Shown: positions 10,150 through 19,607, numbered from the stretch's first letter. The stretch: 64,000 nucleotides of DNA from Candidatus Woykebacteria bacterium (GCA_040876265.1 JBBDPN010000001.1:310208-374207); one strand, 5' to 3'. The notes: generated by a model from the letters alone, not told the origin. Program-made: numbers and translations.

Positions 10150-10326
10150 CGTACTTCGAACACAAGGTTTCTCAGTACTCTCGGATACTGCGCCTGAAGG
10201 CTAAGTATGCCTGTACTTCGAAAGAAGAGAGACGATATTTTCACTGAAGTCCTGCTTAAAGCCGCTAGAGACGAAATTCACACAACAACTGCTTCGAAAC
10301 GATATATGTAAGGAGGTGTAAACTTT
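10150..10326 (+). promoter_or_regulatory. Long (~175 nt) structured 5' leader of the LysM gene, after a TTGACT-17-TATAGT promoter
   Basis: Nested stems TCAGT/ACTGA, CTCTC/GAGAG, ATACT/AGTAT, GCC-TGAA-GGC, CTTC-GAAA-GAAG; SD AAGGAGGT. Confidence 0.5.
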
Positions 10327-10872
10327 ATGGATTTTAGAGAATTTTGGCAAAACCAAAGATCGACAATAATCTCAGCCGTAATAGCTATCGTAGTGATCGC
10401 TGGCCTATTTGTCCTTTTCAACGCCCTACCTACAACCCAAACAGGCGAGCAAAATGAGGAAGAGCAGCAACAAGAACAAGACAAAGATGAACAAAGAGAC
10501 GAGGAAAAGAAGGGTAAGGGTGATGAGGAAAAGGTTGATTTACCAGCGCAGTACACCGTCAAAAAAGGTGATAACCTCTGGAAAATTTCCGAGGCTCACT
10601 ACGGAACCGGTTACAAATGGGCGGCTATTGCTAGCGTGAACAAAATTGATAATCCTGATGTTGTATTTGTTGGTGCTAAACTACGTATCCCAATGACAAC
10701 AGATTACAAGGTAAAATCTGGCGATACCCTTTGGGATATAGCTGAAACCTTTTACAAGGACGGTCACCAGTGGACAAAAATATTGGACGCTAACCCTGGA
10801 AAAATTGGGACACTCCCAGATGGAAACCAAGGGCTCATTGCTGTTGGTCAGAACTTGGTAATACCACGGTGA
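10327..10872 (+). CDS. Membrane-anchored protein with two LysM domains
   Basis: N-terminal TM, Q/E/K linker, YTVKKGDNLWKIS and YKVKSGDTLWDIA. Confidence 0.92.
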   Translation: MDFREFWQNQRSTIISAVIAIVVIAGLFVLFNALPTTQTGEQNEEEQQQEQDKDEQRDEEKKGKGDEEKVDLPAQYTVKKGDNLWKISEAHYGTGYKWAAIASVNKIDNPDVVFVGAKLRIPMTTDYKVKSGDTLWDIAETFYKDGHQWTKILDANPGKIGTLPDGNQGLIAVGQNLVIPR

Positions 10873-10918
10873 AATCCCTTTGCTAATAGGCTATAATCTC
10901 TCGTGCGTTGTGAAAAAT

Positions 10919-10994
10919 GCGCGAGTAGCTCAGATGGTAGAGTGTCTCCTTCCCAAGGAGAAGGTCGCGGGTTCGAGCCCCGTCTCGCGCTCCA
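10919..10994 (+). tRNA. tRNA-Gly(CCC)
   Basis: GCGCGAG/CTCGCGC acceptor, TCTCC-TTCCCAA-GGAGA, T73, CCA. Confidence 0.96.
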
Positions 10995-11050
10995 GTAATT
11001 ACCTCTATAGTTAGATTTTATACTTAAATATTGTATAATTAATTTTCTGT

Positions 11051-11126
11051 GCCGATGTAGCTCAACTGGCAGAGCAATCCCTTCGTAAGGGAGAGGTTGG
11101 AGGTTCAATTCCTCTCATCGGCTCCA
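11051..11126 (+). tRNA. tRNA-Thr(CGT)
   Basis: GCCGATG/CATCGGC acceptor, anticodon loop TTCGTAA, GGAGG-TTCAATT-CCTCT, CCA. Confidence 0.94.
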
Positions 11127-11127
11127 T

Positions 11128-11856
11128 ATGAAAAGGAATATCCGCGGCCTAATACCGCATTACACGTACAAACAAAAAAATGTCGAAGAGAAAACACTGT
11201 ACCGACGTCTCTTGTTTATCGGCGGTTTGACGATTGTGCTTCTACTTGCCCTTTGGTATTGGGGCACCACGTTTATAAATATCCTCGGATTTCTGGGAAC
11301 GGATAAAAATGATAACAGCTCTAATATTGCATTCGAACTTCCTTTAAGAAAACCTACAATCGAAGATTTACCGGGATTTACTAATAAAGAAACCATAAGT
11401 ATTTCTGGATCAGTAAACGCTGGAATTAAAGTGAAGTTACTTGTAAACGGCGCAAGCAGCGGTGAGACTACTTCCGACGCTGGTGGCAACTTCACTTTTG
11501 TGGATGTTTCCTTGAAAGATGGTCTGAACTTAATCAAGATTATTGCCACGGACGCTTTTGGAGAAAGTAAGGATGAAAAAGTACTAATTACGTTTGACAA
11601 CACCAAACCGCAATTAGAAGTTACAACTCCCAAAAGTAACCAAAGTTTTCCAGCTGGTACAAAATCAATCAGTGTGAAGGGTAAGACGGAGCCAGATGCA
11701 ATCGTATTGGTCAACTCTGTTCAAGCCATAACTGACCCTGAAGGTGGTTTTTCCTACGTATTACAGGTGAAGTCCGGTCAAAATAAAATAAATATCCAAT
11801 CAACCGATGAGGCTGGTAATATAGCAAACATCAAGCTCACTGTTCTTGTAGAATAG
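11128..11856 (+). CDS. Single-TM surface protein with two bacterial Ig-like domains
   Basis: TM helix followed by beta-rich repeats (LKDGLNLIKIIATDAFG; KSGQNKINIQSTDEAGN). Confidence 0.8.
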   Translation: MKRNIRGLIPHYTYKQKNVEEKTLYRRLLFIGGLTIVLLLALWYWGTTFINILGFLGTDKNDNSSNIAFELPLRKPTIEDLPGFTNKETISISGSVNAGIKVKLLVNGASSGETTSDAGGNFTFVDVSLKDGLNLIKIIATDAFGESKDEKVLITFDNTKPQLEVTTPKSNQSFPAGTKSISVKGKTEPDAIVLVNSVQAITDPEGGFSYVLQVKSGQNKINIQSTDEAGNIANIKLTVLVE

Positions 11857-11861
11857 CAATT

Positions 11862-13139
11862 TTAAGTTTTACTACTTCTAGTTTTGTAAAACCAAGTAGC
11901 TAGCGCTAGAAATACCCAAAACCCGCTGCTTAAATCATTTTTAAAGTACGGCACGTCAACTAATCCATGTATATATGTATAAATCAGAACCGAAAACAAC
12001 CCTACTGCTAAGAAATTGTTAAAATGAGGTACTAAAATTTTCAGATAATTAAAGGAGATCCAAAGAAACACTAGCAGTCCTAATATCCCAAGCTCGGTCC
12101 AAAAATTTAGAAATATATTATGGGGGTATTGGAAGGTTTGACGTTCACAAGTCGCCGCTTCTGGGTAGACAGTTGGGAAGCCAGATAGACCAACTCCTGT
12201 GACAACTTTATCCCTTACTAAATCACGAGTGGCTTCCCAAATACAGAGTCGGACGTAAAGGCTATTTCTTGGGCTTGGTGGTTTTTCCGATACAAACCTA
12301 TCTACGTAAATAAACCCGACGACCGACGTCGCTAGAAAAACCCCGATTAAGGTGTAAAAAAACCAACGGGCTACCCTTTTGAAATCAGTGGAGAATTTTT
12401 GGTAAAAAATTAGCGCTATAGAAACAAGTAGAGAAATAACCAAGCCAATGAGAGCTCCTCTGCTTCTTGAAAGAAAAATAGAGTAAGTAAACAGAACTAG
12501 ACTTATTACAATAAATATGTTAGCCAAGAAAGTTCTAGGAAGGTAGGGTTTTTGCTTGATATTTTCTAACAAAAGGCCAAATCCAATTAATATCAAAGGT
12601 CCTAAGAAAAGACCAAGGGCGTTGGGGTTGTCATAGACCCCGGTTACCCTTCCAATTTCGATCGAATCGGGAGCAAAAGGATCTACGCCAGTTATAGATT
12701 GGGAGATTGCCAGCCCTGAAACCCACAGACCAGAAAAAAGAAGAGGGTAAATGAGCCATTTGATTTCTCGCCTTTGCAAGGACAGATCAATCACAACTAT
12801 ATAAAGCAGAGCCGGCTCGAGAAAATAAGCCTTCCAAACACCGGCTGCAGCTCGCAGATCTGGCGAGATAAGTACACTAACCGTACTAATCCCAAGAAAA
12901 GTTACCAGAGGCCAAAAAAATGGGCTCTTAAGCCTCTCAAACAGCGTCTGGAAGCTGATCTTACCTTTTTTGAGCTCTGTATATTTCCATAGGATCCAAG
13001 CCAAGAAGCTTATTAAAATTAAAGCTTCAAGTAAAGTGATGGGAACGGAAGAGGAGCACCAAGTAAGGTCCTTGCACCTTACCACATAGGCTGGTAAGGC
13101 TATCACTGTTATTGAAACTAAAACTTGAACAAATCTCAT
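11862..13139 (-). CDS. O-antigen ligase/Wzy-family polymerase
   Basis: Multi-TM; NPNALG, SRSRGA, R..IW, PHNIFLNFWTELGILG. Confidence 0.88.
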   Translation of the reverse strand: MRFVQVLVSITVIALPAYVVRCKDLTWCSSSVPITLLEALILISFLAWILWKYTELKKGKISFQTLFERLKSPFFWPLVTFLGISTVSVLISPDLRAAAGVWKAYFLEPALLYIVVIDLSLQRREIKWLIYPLLFSGLWVSGLAISQSITGVDPFAPDSIEIGRVTGVYDNPNALGLFLGPLILIGFGLLLENIKQKPYLPRTFLANIFIVISLVLFTYSIFLSRSRGALIGLVISLLVSIALIFYQKFSTDFKRVARWFFYTLIGVFLATSVVGFIYVDRFVSEKPPSPRNSLYVRLCIWEATRDLVRDKVVTGVGLSGFPTVYPEAATCERQTFQYPHNIFLNFWTELGILGLLVFLWISFNYLKILVPHFNNFLAVGLFSVLIYTYIHGLVDVPYFKNDLSSGFWVFLALATWFYKTRSSKT

Positions 13140-14401
13140 TCTTTCCCAAACCGTAGGTGGATATATAGAACGGCGCCGCTTAGTGTAAATATTAGTATTT
13201 CGCTAATTATTGTTACGATGGCAGCGGCATTATAACCAAACTGAGGTACAGCAACCAAATTCGCGACCAGATTAAAAGCAGCGGCAAAACCATAGATAAA
13301 CAGCATTTCGCGAGTTTTTTTCAATATTATGGCCAACCACAAAGTAAGTGGCGTAACAAAAAACACAGGAAATCCCAGAAGTAAAATTCTAGTTGTTAGT
13401 ACCCCTTCAGGGAATTTTCCTTGACCTAGTACGTCAATCATAAAAGGCGTTAGGGACCACCCAATTATGACTCCTAGTATTCCTAACCCAAGCAAAGAGA
13501 AACCCAGCCTCTTCGAAAAATCAATAAGATACCTAACTCCTAAACTGCTTTTTTGGACCATAATCGGATAGCCTACGTTCATTACAAAAGCCGGAAGAAC
13601 AATTGCTAGTTCAAATATCTTATAAGCTAGACCATAGAACCCGATCGCGGTTTCCCCGCTTAAGCCAAGTCCAGGTTTATAATTTGCCAAGAGCACTATC
13701 TGTTTATCAATTTGAGCGTTAAACTGGCTAAATACAATTATTAAGCCGATCGGTAAAGCTGCAAAAAACATTTCTCGCCAAACTTTAGTATCAAACGAAA
13801 CTGATAAAGCCGCGAGTTGAAACCTAGCTAGATACAGGGCGACTAAGACACGGACACTACCTCCTGCTACCAAAGCAATTATCACGAATAAAATACTTCC
13901 AAAGCCGGTTGCGGCGATGTAAACAAAAACCAGGTTCGCTACTGCCCAAAAAATATCGGCAATCAAGGCTAAATCGTAGCGTATTTTTGCTTGAAACAGG
14001 GCCAATGCAGTCGCGGTAAAGGACTGGGCAATGATAAGTCCCAAAGCAACGATGATACCTAGTTTTATGAGGGTTGGGTGCGCGGTAAAAGCCAAAACTC
14101 CAACAGCGCAAAAAGCGACAAAAATCGAAATTACTAACCGGAAACCAAGCAGATTTTTGAAAAATTCTTTTTGCTTTTCTTCGTCGTTGCCAACCTCACG
14201 AACAAAAATGGCGTTTAAGCCAAAATCGGTAAAAACATAAAAAAGGGTTATGTAACTGAGAATTGCAACGTAAGCACCGTAATCTCCAACCGAAAAATTT
14301 TTAGTAATGAGGACGGTTACTATTATGGTAGAAATGGTAGTCGCTGCTTTACCCAGCAACTGAGCGCTAGTATTAAATGCGATCTTGAAAGGTATGTTCA
14401 T
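13136..14401 (-). CDS. Wzx-type polysaccharide flippase
   Basis: About 12 TM; DFGL..IFVRE, GFYGLAYK, FNLVANLVAVPQFG. Confidence 0.88.
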   Translation of the reverse strand: MNIPFKIAFNTSAQLLGKAATTISTIIVTVLITKNFSVGDYGAYVAILSYITLFYVFTDFGLNAIFVREVGNDEEKQKEFFKNLLGFRLVISIFVAFCAVGVLAFTAHPTLIKLGIIVALGLIIAQSFTATALALFQAKIRYDLALIADIFWAVANLVFVYIAATGFGSILFVIIALVAGGSVRVLVALYLARFQLAALSVSFDTKVWREMFFAALPIGLIIVFSQFNAQIDKQIVLLANYKPGLGLSGETAIGFYGLAYKIFELAIVLPAFVMNVGYPIMVQKSSLGVRYLIDFSKRLGFSLLGLGILGVIIGWSLTPFMIDVLGQGKFPEGVLTTRILLLGFPVFFVTPLTLWLAIILKKTREMLFIYGFAAAFNLVANLVAVPQFGYNAAAIVTIISEILIFTLSGAVLYIHLRFGKE

Positions 14402-14454
14402 GCGATGTGAGTAAGTTTAGCAACTAGACGTTTGGCTATCAAGGTAGGACTGGT

Positions 14455-14476
14455 GGGGCAAGAAGAGTCTTGCCCC
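14455..14476 (-). terminator. Hairpin downstream of purM
   Basis: GGGGCAAGA/TCTTGCCCC 9-bp inverted repeat; no strong U-tract. Confidence 0.5.
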
Positions 14477-14486
14477 GTTATGTAGA

Positions 14487-15491
14487 TTAGAAAAAGGTGA
14501 CCCGCTCTCTCTTTCGAGACCTCACCACCTCGCCGATAAGATAAGCAGTCTCACCATGTTGTACCAGAAAGTCAACTACCCAAGACGCCACTTCCTTTGG
14601 CGCAACACCAATCATCCCCAACCCCATATTGAATGTCCGCCTCATTTCCTTATCGGAGATATTGCCTGCTTCTCTTACCAACATAAAGATGTTGTGGATC
14701 GTCCACTTGGTGGTATCAAGCCGCGCCACGAGTCCCTCGGGAATTATTTTTCCCAATTTCCCAACAATACCCCCACCGGTTATATGAGCCCAACCGTGAA
14801 TTTCAAATCGTTGGTTGACAGCCAGTACCGGTCGGACATAGATCCTGGTCGGCTTGAGAATATTGTACAGAAGGTTTGGATTGTTAACCGTTTCCTCAGG
14901 CGGAAAGACCTCTCTGACCAGCGAATAGCCATTGCAGTGCAACCCATTTGAGGCAATACCAAACACGATGTCGCCTTCTGTTATTGTCTCTCCGGAAATA
15001 ACCTTACCTTTGTCTGCGATCCCTACCGCACCTCCAGAAATCTCATACTCTCCAGTAGGCACAGGCACTTGCTCTATCTCCCCACCGAGAAGAGGAGCGT
15101 TTGCCTCATCGCAACCGATCCTTATTCCGCCGATAACTTCCTCAAGCACCGCGTCCGTGGCTTGGTGGGCAATGTGATCAAGGAAAAAAAGCGGCGCGGC
15201 GTTGTACCTAACGAGGTCGTTCACAGACATAGCTACCAGATCAATGCCGATAGTGTGGTGACGACCAGAAGCAAAACAATATTTTGGTTTGCTACCAACA
15301 CCGTCACTCTCAGCTTTAAGAACAGGTTGTTCTATCGCGGGGAATTCTGCGCGAAAAAAGGGTAATCCCTGGATCAGCTCACAGAATTCGTTGAACGTCT
15401 CCAGTCCTTGACGGAATGCGTACCGGCTGAGATTATCTCCCCGTTTTATGCTTACTCCGGCTTGCTCGTAAGTTAGACCCCGACCAGCCAT
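14487..15491 (-). CDS. purM: Phosphoribosylformylglycinamidine cyclo-ligase (AIR synthetase), divergent
   Basis: TYEQAGV, DGVGSK, GIDLVAMSVND, SNGLHCNGYSL, AHITGGG, TFNMGLG. Confidence 0.9.
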   Translation of the reverse strand: MAGRGLTYEQAGVSIKRGDNLSRYAFRQGLETFNEFCELIQGLPFFRAEFPAIEQPVLKAESDGVGSKPKYCFASGRHHTIGIDLVAMSVNDLVRYNAAPLFFLDHIAHQATDAVLEEVIGGIRIGCDEANAPLLGGEIEQVPVPTGEYEISGGAVGIADKGKVISGETITEGDIVFGIASNGLHCNGYSLVREVFPPEETVNNPNLLYNILKPTRIYVRPVLAVNQRFEIHGWAHITGGGIVGKLGKIIPEGLVARLDTTKWTIHNIFMLVREAGNISDKEMRRTFNMGLGMIGVAPKEVASWVVDFLVQHGETAYLIGEVVRSRKRERVTFF

Positions 15492-15843
15492 TTCACTCTC
15501 CCCTCATGGCAATCCTAAAAATGACCGCTTGATCAGCAAAAATCTAACATATACTGTCTGAGATGTAAAGGGATTAATGCTTAAAGGCACGGATGCCAGT
15601 GAATATCATCACGACATTGTGTTTGCTACAAGATCTGTTGATCTATAAACTAAATTTAATTTATCTTGATAAAAATATTGTTCACTTGTTTTTTATTGAA
15701 CAACTTTATAGTTCATCAACTACGGATTGAAGGAGAAGCAAACCTAACTTACCAAATTCCCCAGGTAATTGGAAGAAAGCATATTGACTTTTGTGGGTAA
15801 GTGGGCAATTATTAATTCACCTTTTGTAAAGGAGGTGAAAGTA

Positions 15844-16227
15844 ATGGTTCGTGGAATTGAAGGTGTAAATCTTTTTAGTGAAAACGCCAAGAAACTAGCT
15901 GATTTTTACAAAGAAAAGGTTGGTTTGAAAACAAGCATAGAGGCGGAGATGGGTGAGAACGGCGAGGAAGTTTATGGTTTTGAATTTGGGGAAGGAGCAG
16001 GCCTTAACATCATTGATCATTCAAAAGTAAAGGGCCGAAATTCACAGCCGAAAAGAATAATGTTTAACCTCGAGGTGAGCAGGATCGAAGAAGAGGTGGA
16101 ACGGCTTGATAAGGCAGGGGTCAAGAAAATACAAGATACCTATCACGTTGAAGGCTATGGGTATATCGCTACCTTTGAGGACGCTGACGGAAACTATTTT
16201 CAACTGGTTCAAGTAAGAGAGTCTTAG
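15844..16227 (+). CDS. VOC/glyoxalase family protein
   Basis: LADFYKEKVGL..FEDADGNYFQL; SD AAGGAGGTG before ATG 15844. Confidence 0.85.
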   Translation: MVRGIEGVNLFSENAKKLADFYKEKVGLKTSIEAEMGENGEEVYGFEFGEGAGLNIIDHSKVKGRNSQPKRIMFNLEVSRIEEEVERLDKAGVKKIQDTYHVEGYGYIATFEDADGNYFQLVQVRES

Positions 16228-17660
16228 TGGAAGGTTTCTTCTTGAGCGTCAACAATGACGGTGTGGGGATGGGATTCCTTCATTCCTGCTCCGGTCACTT
16301 GCCAATAACTTACGTTCCAAAAATCTTTGATTTCGGCCGTTCCGTAGTAACCCATTGCTGTCCGTAGCGAAGCAATTAGCTTCTTTAGAACATTTGCCAC
16401 TGACCCTTTATAAGGAACTCTTCCGGAAATCCCCTCTGGTACCTCCTTTTGGAAGTAACGGTCATGACCACGTTGCCTTATTGCTTCGTATGACCCCATA
16501 CCACGGTATTTTTTATAGCGTCTCCCATCGCTTGAAATAATAACATCTCCAGGAGCTTCATCCGTCCCAGCCAACATTGAACCCAGCATAACCGCGCTAG
16601 CTCCCGCTACCAAAGCCTTAGTAATATCCGCCGGATAAACAATACCCCCGTCGGCAATTACCGGGACTTTCAACGATTTGGCTGCCCTAGCACACTCCAA
16701 AATGGCGGTAAACTGAGGCACTCCCACTCCGGCAACATCGCGGGTAGTACAGATAGATCCTGAACCAATACCCACTTTCACGGCGTCGACACCTCTTTTG
16801 ACCAAGTCGGACGTGGCTTGCGCAGTAGCGACATTACCAACTATCAGTTGAATTTTTGGAAATGCCTTTTTCAACACAGGGACCGCATCTAAAACGTTTT
16901 TATGATGAGCGTGGGAAGTATCTACCACTAATACATCTACCCCACCAGCTACAAGAACAGCAGCTCTTTTCAAAAACCCCTCACCAACTCCGATCGCGGC
17001 AGCTACTAAAAATCGACCGTTTTTGTCTTTGCTTGCCTGAGGGTATGATTTTATCTTCGTCAAATCTTTCCAAGTGATAAGGCCCCGCAACATACCTTTC
17101 CTGTCTACAATCGGTAGTTTTTCAATTTTGTATTTTTTTAATATTTTTTCTGCCTGGGCGAGCGTAGTTCCAACACTAGCAGTAGTTATTTTTTCCTTTG
17201 TCATCACCTCACCCACTTTTTTTGATAGATTGGTCTCGAGTCTTAGATCTCTCTCGGTAAGTATCCCTTTTAACTTATTTTCGTTCACAATTGGTATACC
17301 CGATATCCCGTATTGAGCCATAAGAAGCTTAGCTTCTTCAAGTGTGGACGAAGGGTAAAGAGTAACTGGTTCTTTGATAACGCCGCTTTCACTTCTTTTA
17401 ACTCGGCGCACCTCCTCTACCTGCTGCTCTATTGAAAAATTCCGGTGAATCACTCCTAAACCACCTTGCCTAGCTAAACCAATTGCCATTTCACTCTCGG
17501 TCACTGTATCCATCGCCGCGGAGATAATAGGGGTGTTAATTCTTATTTTTTTTGTAATCTGAGTGGAGATTTTTACATCAGATGGAAGAACCGCACTTAC
17601 AGAAGGTTCCAGAAGCACGTCATCAAAAGTAATAGCCAAACCACGAAATCTAGCCGCCAT
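16224..17660 (-). CDS. guaB: IMP dehydrogenase with CBS pair
   Basis: [37 protein letters not shown]. Confidence 0.97.
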   Translation of the reverse strand: MAARFRGLAITFDDVLLEPSVSAVLPSDVKISTQITKKIRINTPIISAAMDTVTESEMAIGLARQGGLGVIHRNFSIEQQVEEVRRVKRSESGVIKEPVTLYPSSTLEEAKLLMAQYGISGIPIVNENKLKGILTERDLRLETNLSKKVGEVMTKEKITTASVGTTLAQAEKILKKYKIEKLPIVDRKGMLRGLITWKDLTKIKSYPQASKDKNGRFLVAAAIGVGEGFLKRAAVLVAGGVDVLVVDTSHAHHKNVLDAVPVLKKAFPKIQLIVGNVATAQATSDLVKRGVDAVKVGIGSGSICTTRDVAGVGVPQFTAILECARAAKSLKVPVIADGGIVYPADITKALVAGASAVMLGSMLAGTDEAPGDVIISSDGRRYKKYRGMGSYEAIRQRGHDRYFQKEVPEGISGRVPYKGSVANVLKKLIASLRTAMGYYGTAEIKDFWNVSYWQVTGAGMKESHPHTVIVDAQEETFH

Positions 17661-17697
17661 TATCCATTATATAACAGAGGGCAAGTGGGTTAGCAAA

Positions 17698-17880
17698 TGG
17701 TGGGCAATGCGGGATTTGAACCTGTGACCTTTACGACCCACCTGCCATAGTACATGGTGGTCGTTGGTGGACTCGAACCACCGGCCTTTCGGATGTGAAC
17801 CGAACGCTCTACCGCTGAGCTAAACGACCATTACGGCTCTCAGGTGTGAACGCAACGCTCTGCCGCCGATCTAAGTGCCA
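17698..17880 (-). pseudogene. Interrupted, degenerate tRNA-Val(CAC): 5' half 17880-17845, 3' half 17736-17698, with a 108-nt insertion containing the intact tRNA
   Basis: TGGCACT-TA-GATC-GGCGGCA-GAGC-G-TTGCG-TTCACA|T-CGTAA-AGGTC-ACAGG-TTCAAAT-CCCGC-ATTGCCC-A-CCA; anticodon stem pairs, while acceptor, D and T stems have mismatches. Confidence 0.8.
17755..17829 (-). tRNA. tRNA-Val(CAC), intact, nested inside a second tRNA-like gene
   Basis: GGTCGTT/AACGACC, GCTC/GAGC, TTCGG-TTCACAT-CCGAA, GGTGG-TTCGAGT-CCACC, A73, CCA; all stems pair. Confidence 0.96.
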
Positions 17881-17891
17881 ATTCTCCGCCA

Positions 17892-17920
17892 ATTGTAACA
17901 AACCTACCCTTGCGCCGCAA
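17892..17920 (-). promoter_or_regulatory. Promoter for the tRNA-Val locus
   Basis: TTGCGG-17-TACAAT with extended TG; predicted start a few nt upstream of the outer tRNA 5' end. Confidence 0.6.
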
Positions 17921-17956
17921 TTTGCTTTACCCTTATACTAGAGTAAGTTGATTTAA

Positions 17957-18541
17957 ATGGACGGTTCAAAATCCTCTCTTTGGTCCACAGTTGTAGATAT
18001 TATAGAAACAGTCGTTGTCGCGGCGGCTATTTTTGTTGTGGTTTATTTATTTTTACTCCAGCCCCACCAAGTAAAAGGTGCTAGCATGGAACCTACTTTC
18101 CATGACAGCGAGTATATCTTAACTGATAAAGTATCCTATCGTTTCAGTCAGCCCCAAAGAGGGGACGTTGTGATTTTTAAGGCTCCCACCAACCCAGATG
18201 TAGATTTTATCAAACGAATCGTTGCTCTACCTGGAGAGCGACTGGAAATAAAAAATAGCACTATCATAATCTACAACGACGAAAATCCAAGGGGATTTAC
18301 TCTGTCCGAACCTTACGAAATAATGGAACCTATTGTCGGTGGTTCTTACCTAAGAGAGGGAAAGATAATAGAAATTCCTGAAAATAGTTATTTTGTTTTT
18401 GGTGACAATCGAACACACAGCTTTGATTCTAGAGAATGGGGTCCTCTTACGAAGGATAAGATTATTGGTAAAGCTTGGATAAGATATTGGCCGATAACGA
18501 AAATTTCTATAATAAGACGGGCTAGCTACCCAAACGAGTAG
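17957..18541 (+). CDS. lepB: Signal peptidase I
   Basis: GASMEPTF (Ser), FIKRIVALPG (Lys), GDNR..S.DSR. Confidence 0.96.
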   Translation: MDGSKSSLWSTVVDIIETVVVAAAIFVVVYLFLLQPHQVKGASMEPTFHDSEYILTDKVSYRFSQPQRGDVVIFKAPTNPDVDFIKRIVALPGERLEIKNSTIIIYNDENPRGFTLSEPYEIMEPIVGGSYLREGKIIEIPENSYFVFGDNRTHSFDSREWGPLTKDKIIGKAWIRYWPITKISIIRRASYPNE

Positions 18542-18548
18542 GGGGATA

Positions 18549-19346
18549 TTACGAAGTCAGTTTTTTGTGCACCTCTTCTAGCTGCTGTGGAGAATTGAAT
18601 ATTAACAACAGACGGCCTCCTTTTGAAGATTTGTAGAGACGGGCGGTACAATTGGTAGCACTGGCAATCTCTTCTTCCATTTTAGCCACATCTTCGGTGT
18701 GAGCGTATTCTCTCTTTGTTTTTGGCTTGATATCGGCCTTTGATTTCATCCTTCGGACCAATTCCTCGGTAGCCCGAACCCCGAGACTTTCTGAAAGTAT
18801 TTGTTTATAGGCACTTATCATTAGGTTTATATCTTCCAGACCAAGGATGGCCTTGGCGTGACCTTCGGTAATAGAATTTGACAGGAGACCATCTTTTAAA
18901 GCATCAGGAAGATCAAGCAGTCTTAGGGTATTAGAGATATATGGTCCGCTTTTACCAACTCGTTGACCGATCTCGATCGCTGTTAGAGCAAATTCCTCTA
19001 TGAGCCTTTTGTATGCTTGAGCTCTTTCGATAGGATTAAGATCAACCCTTTGTACGTTCTCAACCAAAGCCATCTCAAGCATACCCTGGGGTGAGGTCTC
19101 CTTTACAACACAAGGCAGCTTTGTCATGCCAGCAAGTTTTGCCGCTCTCCATCTCCTTTCGCCAGCGATTAATTGGTAACCGGCTGGTGTCTTCGCGACT
19201 ACAATAGGCTCTAGAACCCCGTGTTCTCTAATTGATTCTGCCAGTTCCACCAGTGAATCAGGTAATATTTGGCCGCGTGGCTGAAGAGGGTTGGGTTGAA
19301 GCAAATCTATATCAATGTCAATAGTTTCGGTCTGTACGTCCATCAA
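18549..19346 (-). CDS. parB: ParB/Spo0J partition protein
   Basis: PNPLQPR, IAGERRWRAA, ENVQRVDLNPIE, HTH. Confidence 0.93.
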   Translation of the reverse strand: MMDVQTETIDIDIDLLQPNPLQPRGQILPDSLVELAESIREHGVLEPIVVAKTPAGYQLIAGERRWRAAKLAGMTKLPCVVKETSPQGMLEMALVENVQRVDLNPIERAQAYKRLIEEFALTAIEIGQRVGKSGPYISNTLRLLDLPDALKDGLLSNSITEGHAKAILGLEDINLMISAYKQILSESLGVRATEELVRRMKSKADIKPKTKREYAHTEDVAKMEEEIASATNCTARLYKSSKGGRLLLIFNSPQQLEEVHKKLTS

Positions 19347-19607
19347 TTATTTACCTTCTGAAACAACTTCAATAAAATTATCGCCCTTTTTCGTCTTAAA
19401 TGAGACCACTCCTTTGGTTGTTGCGAAAATTGTAAAATCTTTACCAAGCTTAACACCACTACCAACGTGAAATTTAGTTCCTCTTTGCCGAACTATGATT
19501 TGGCCTGGAGAAACAGACTCCCCACCAAAAATCTTTACTCCTAGTCTTTTTCCGACTACATTTGTCCCTTGCCTTGCCTTTGAACCACCGGCTTTTTTAT
19601 GCGCCAT
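19347..19607 (-). CDS. rpmA: 50S ribosomal protein L27
   Basis: [26 protein letters not shown]. Confidence 0.98.
   Translation of the reverse strand: MAHKKAGGSKARQGTNVVGKRLGVKIFGGESVSPGQIIVRQRGTKFHVGSGVKLGKDFTIFATTKGVVSFKTKKGDNFIEVVSEGK

Noticed and set aside
10244-10276. Hammerhead ribozyme (CTGA..GTC/GAC-GAAA)
   Set aside because: The core reads CTGAA-GTC rather than CUGANGA, and no convincing stems I/III with a cleavage triplet were found.
17737-17850. Canonical bulge-helix-bulge or group I intron in the outer tRNA
   Set aside because: With 3-nt bulges the central helix (TTCA vs GGTG) has two mismatches, and only 33 nt of non-tRNA insert remain, too little for a ribozyme core.
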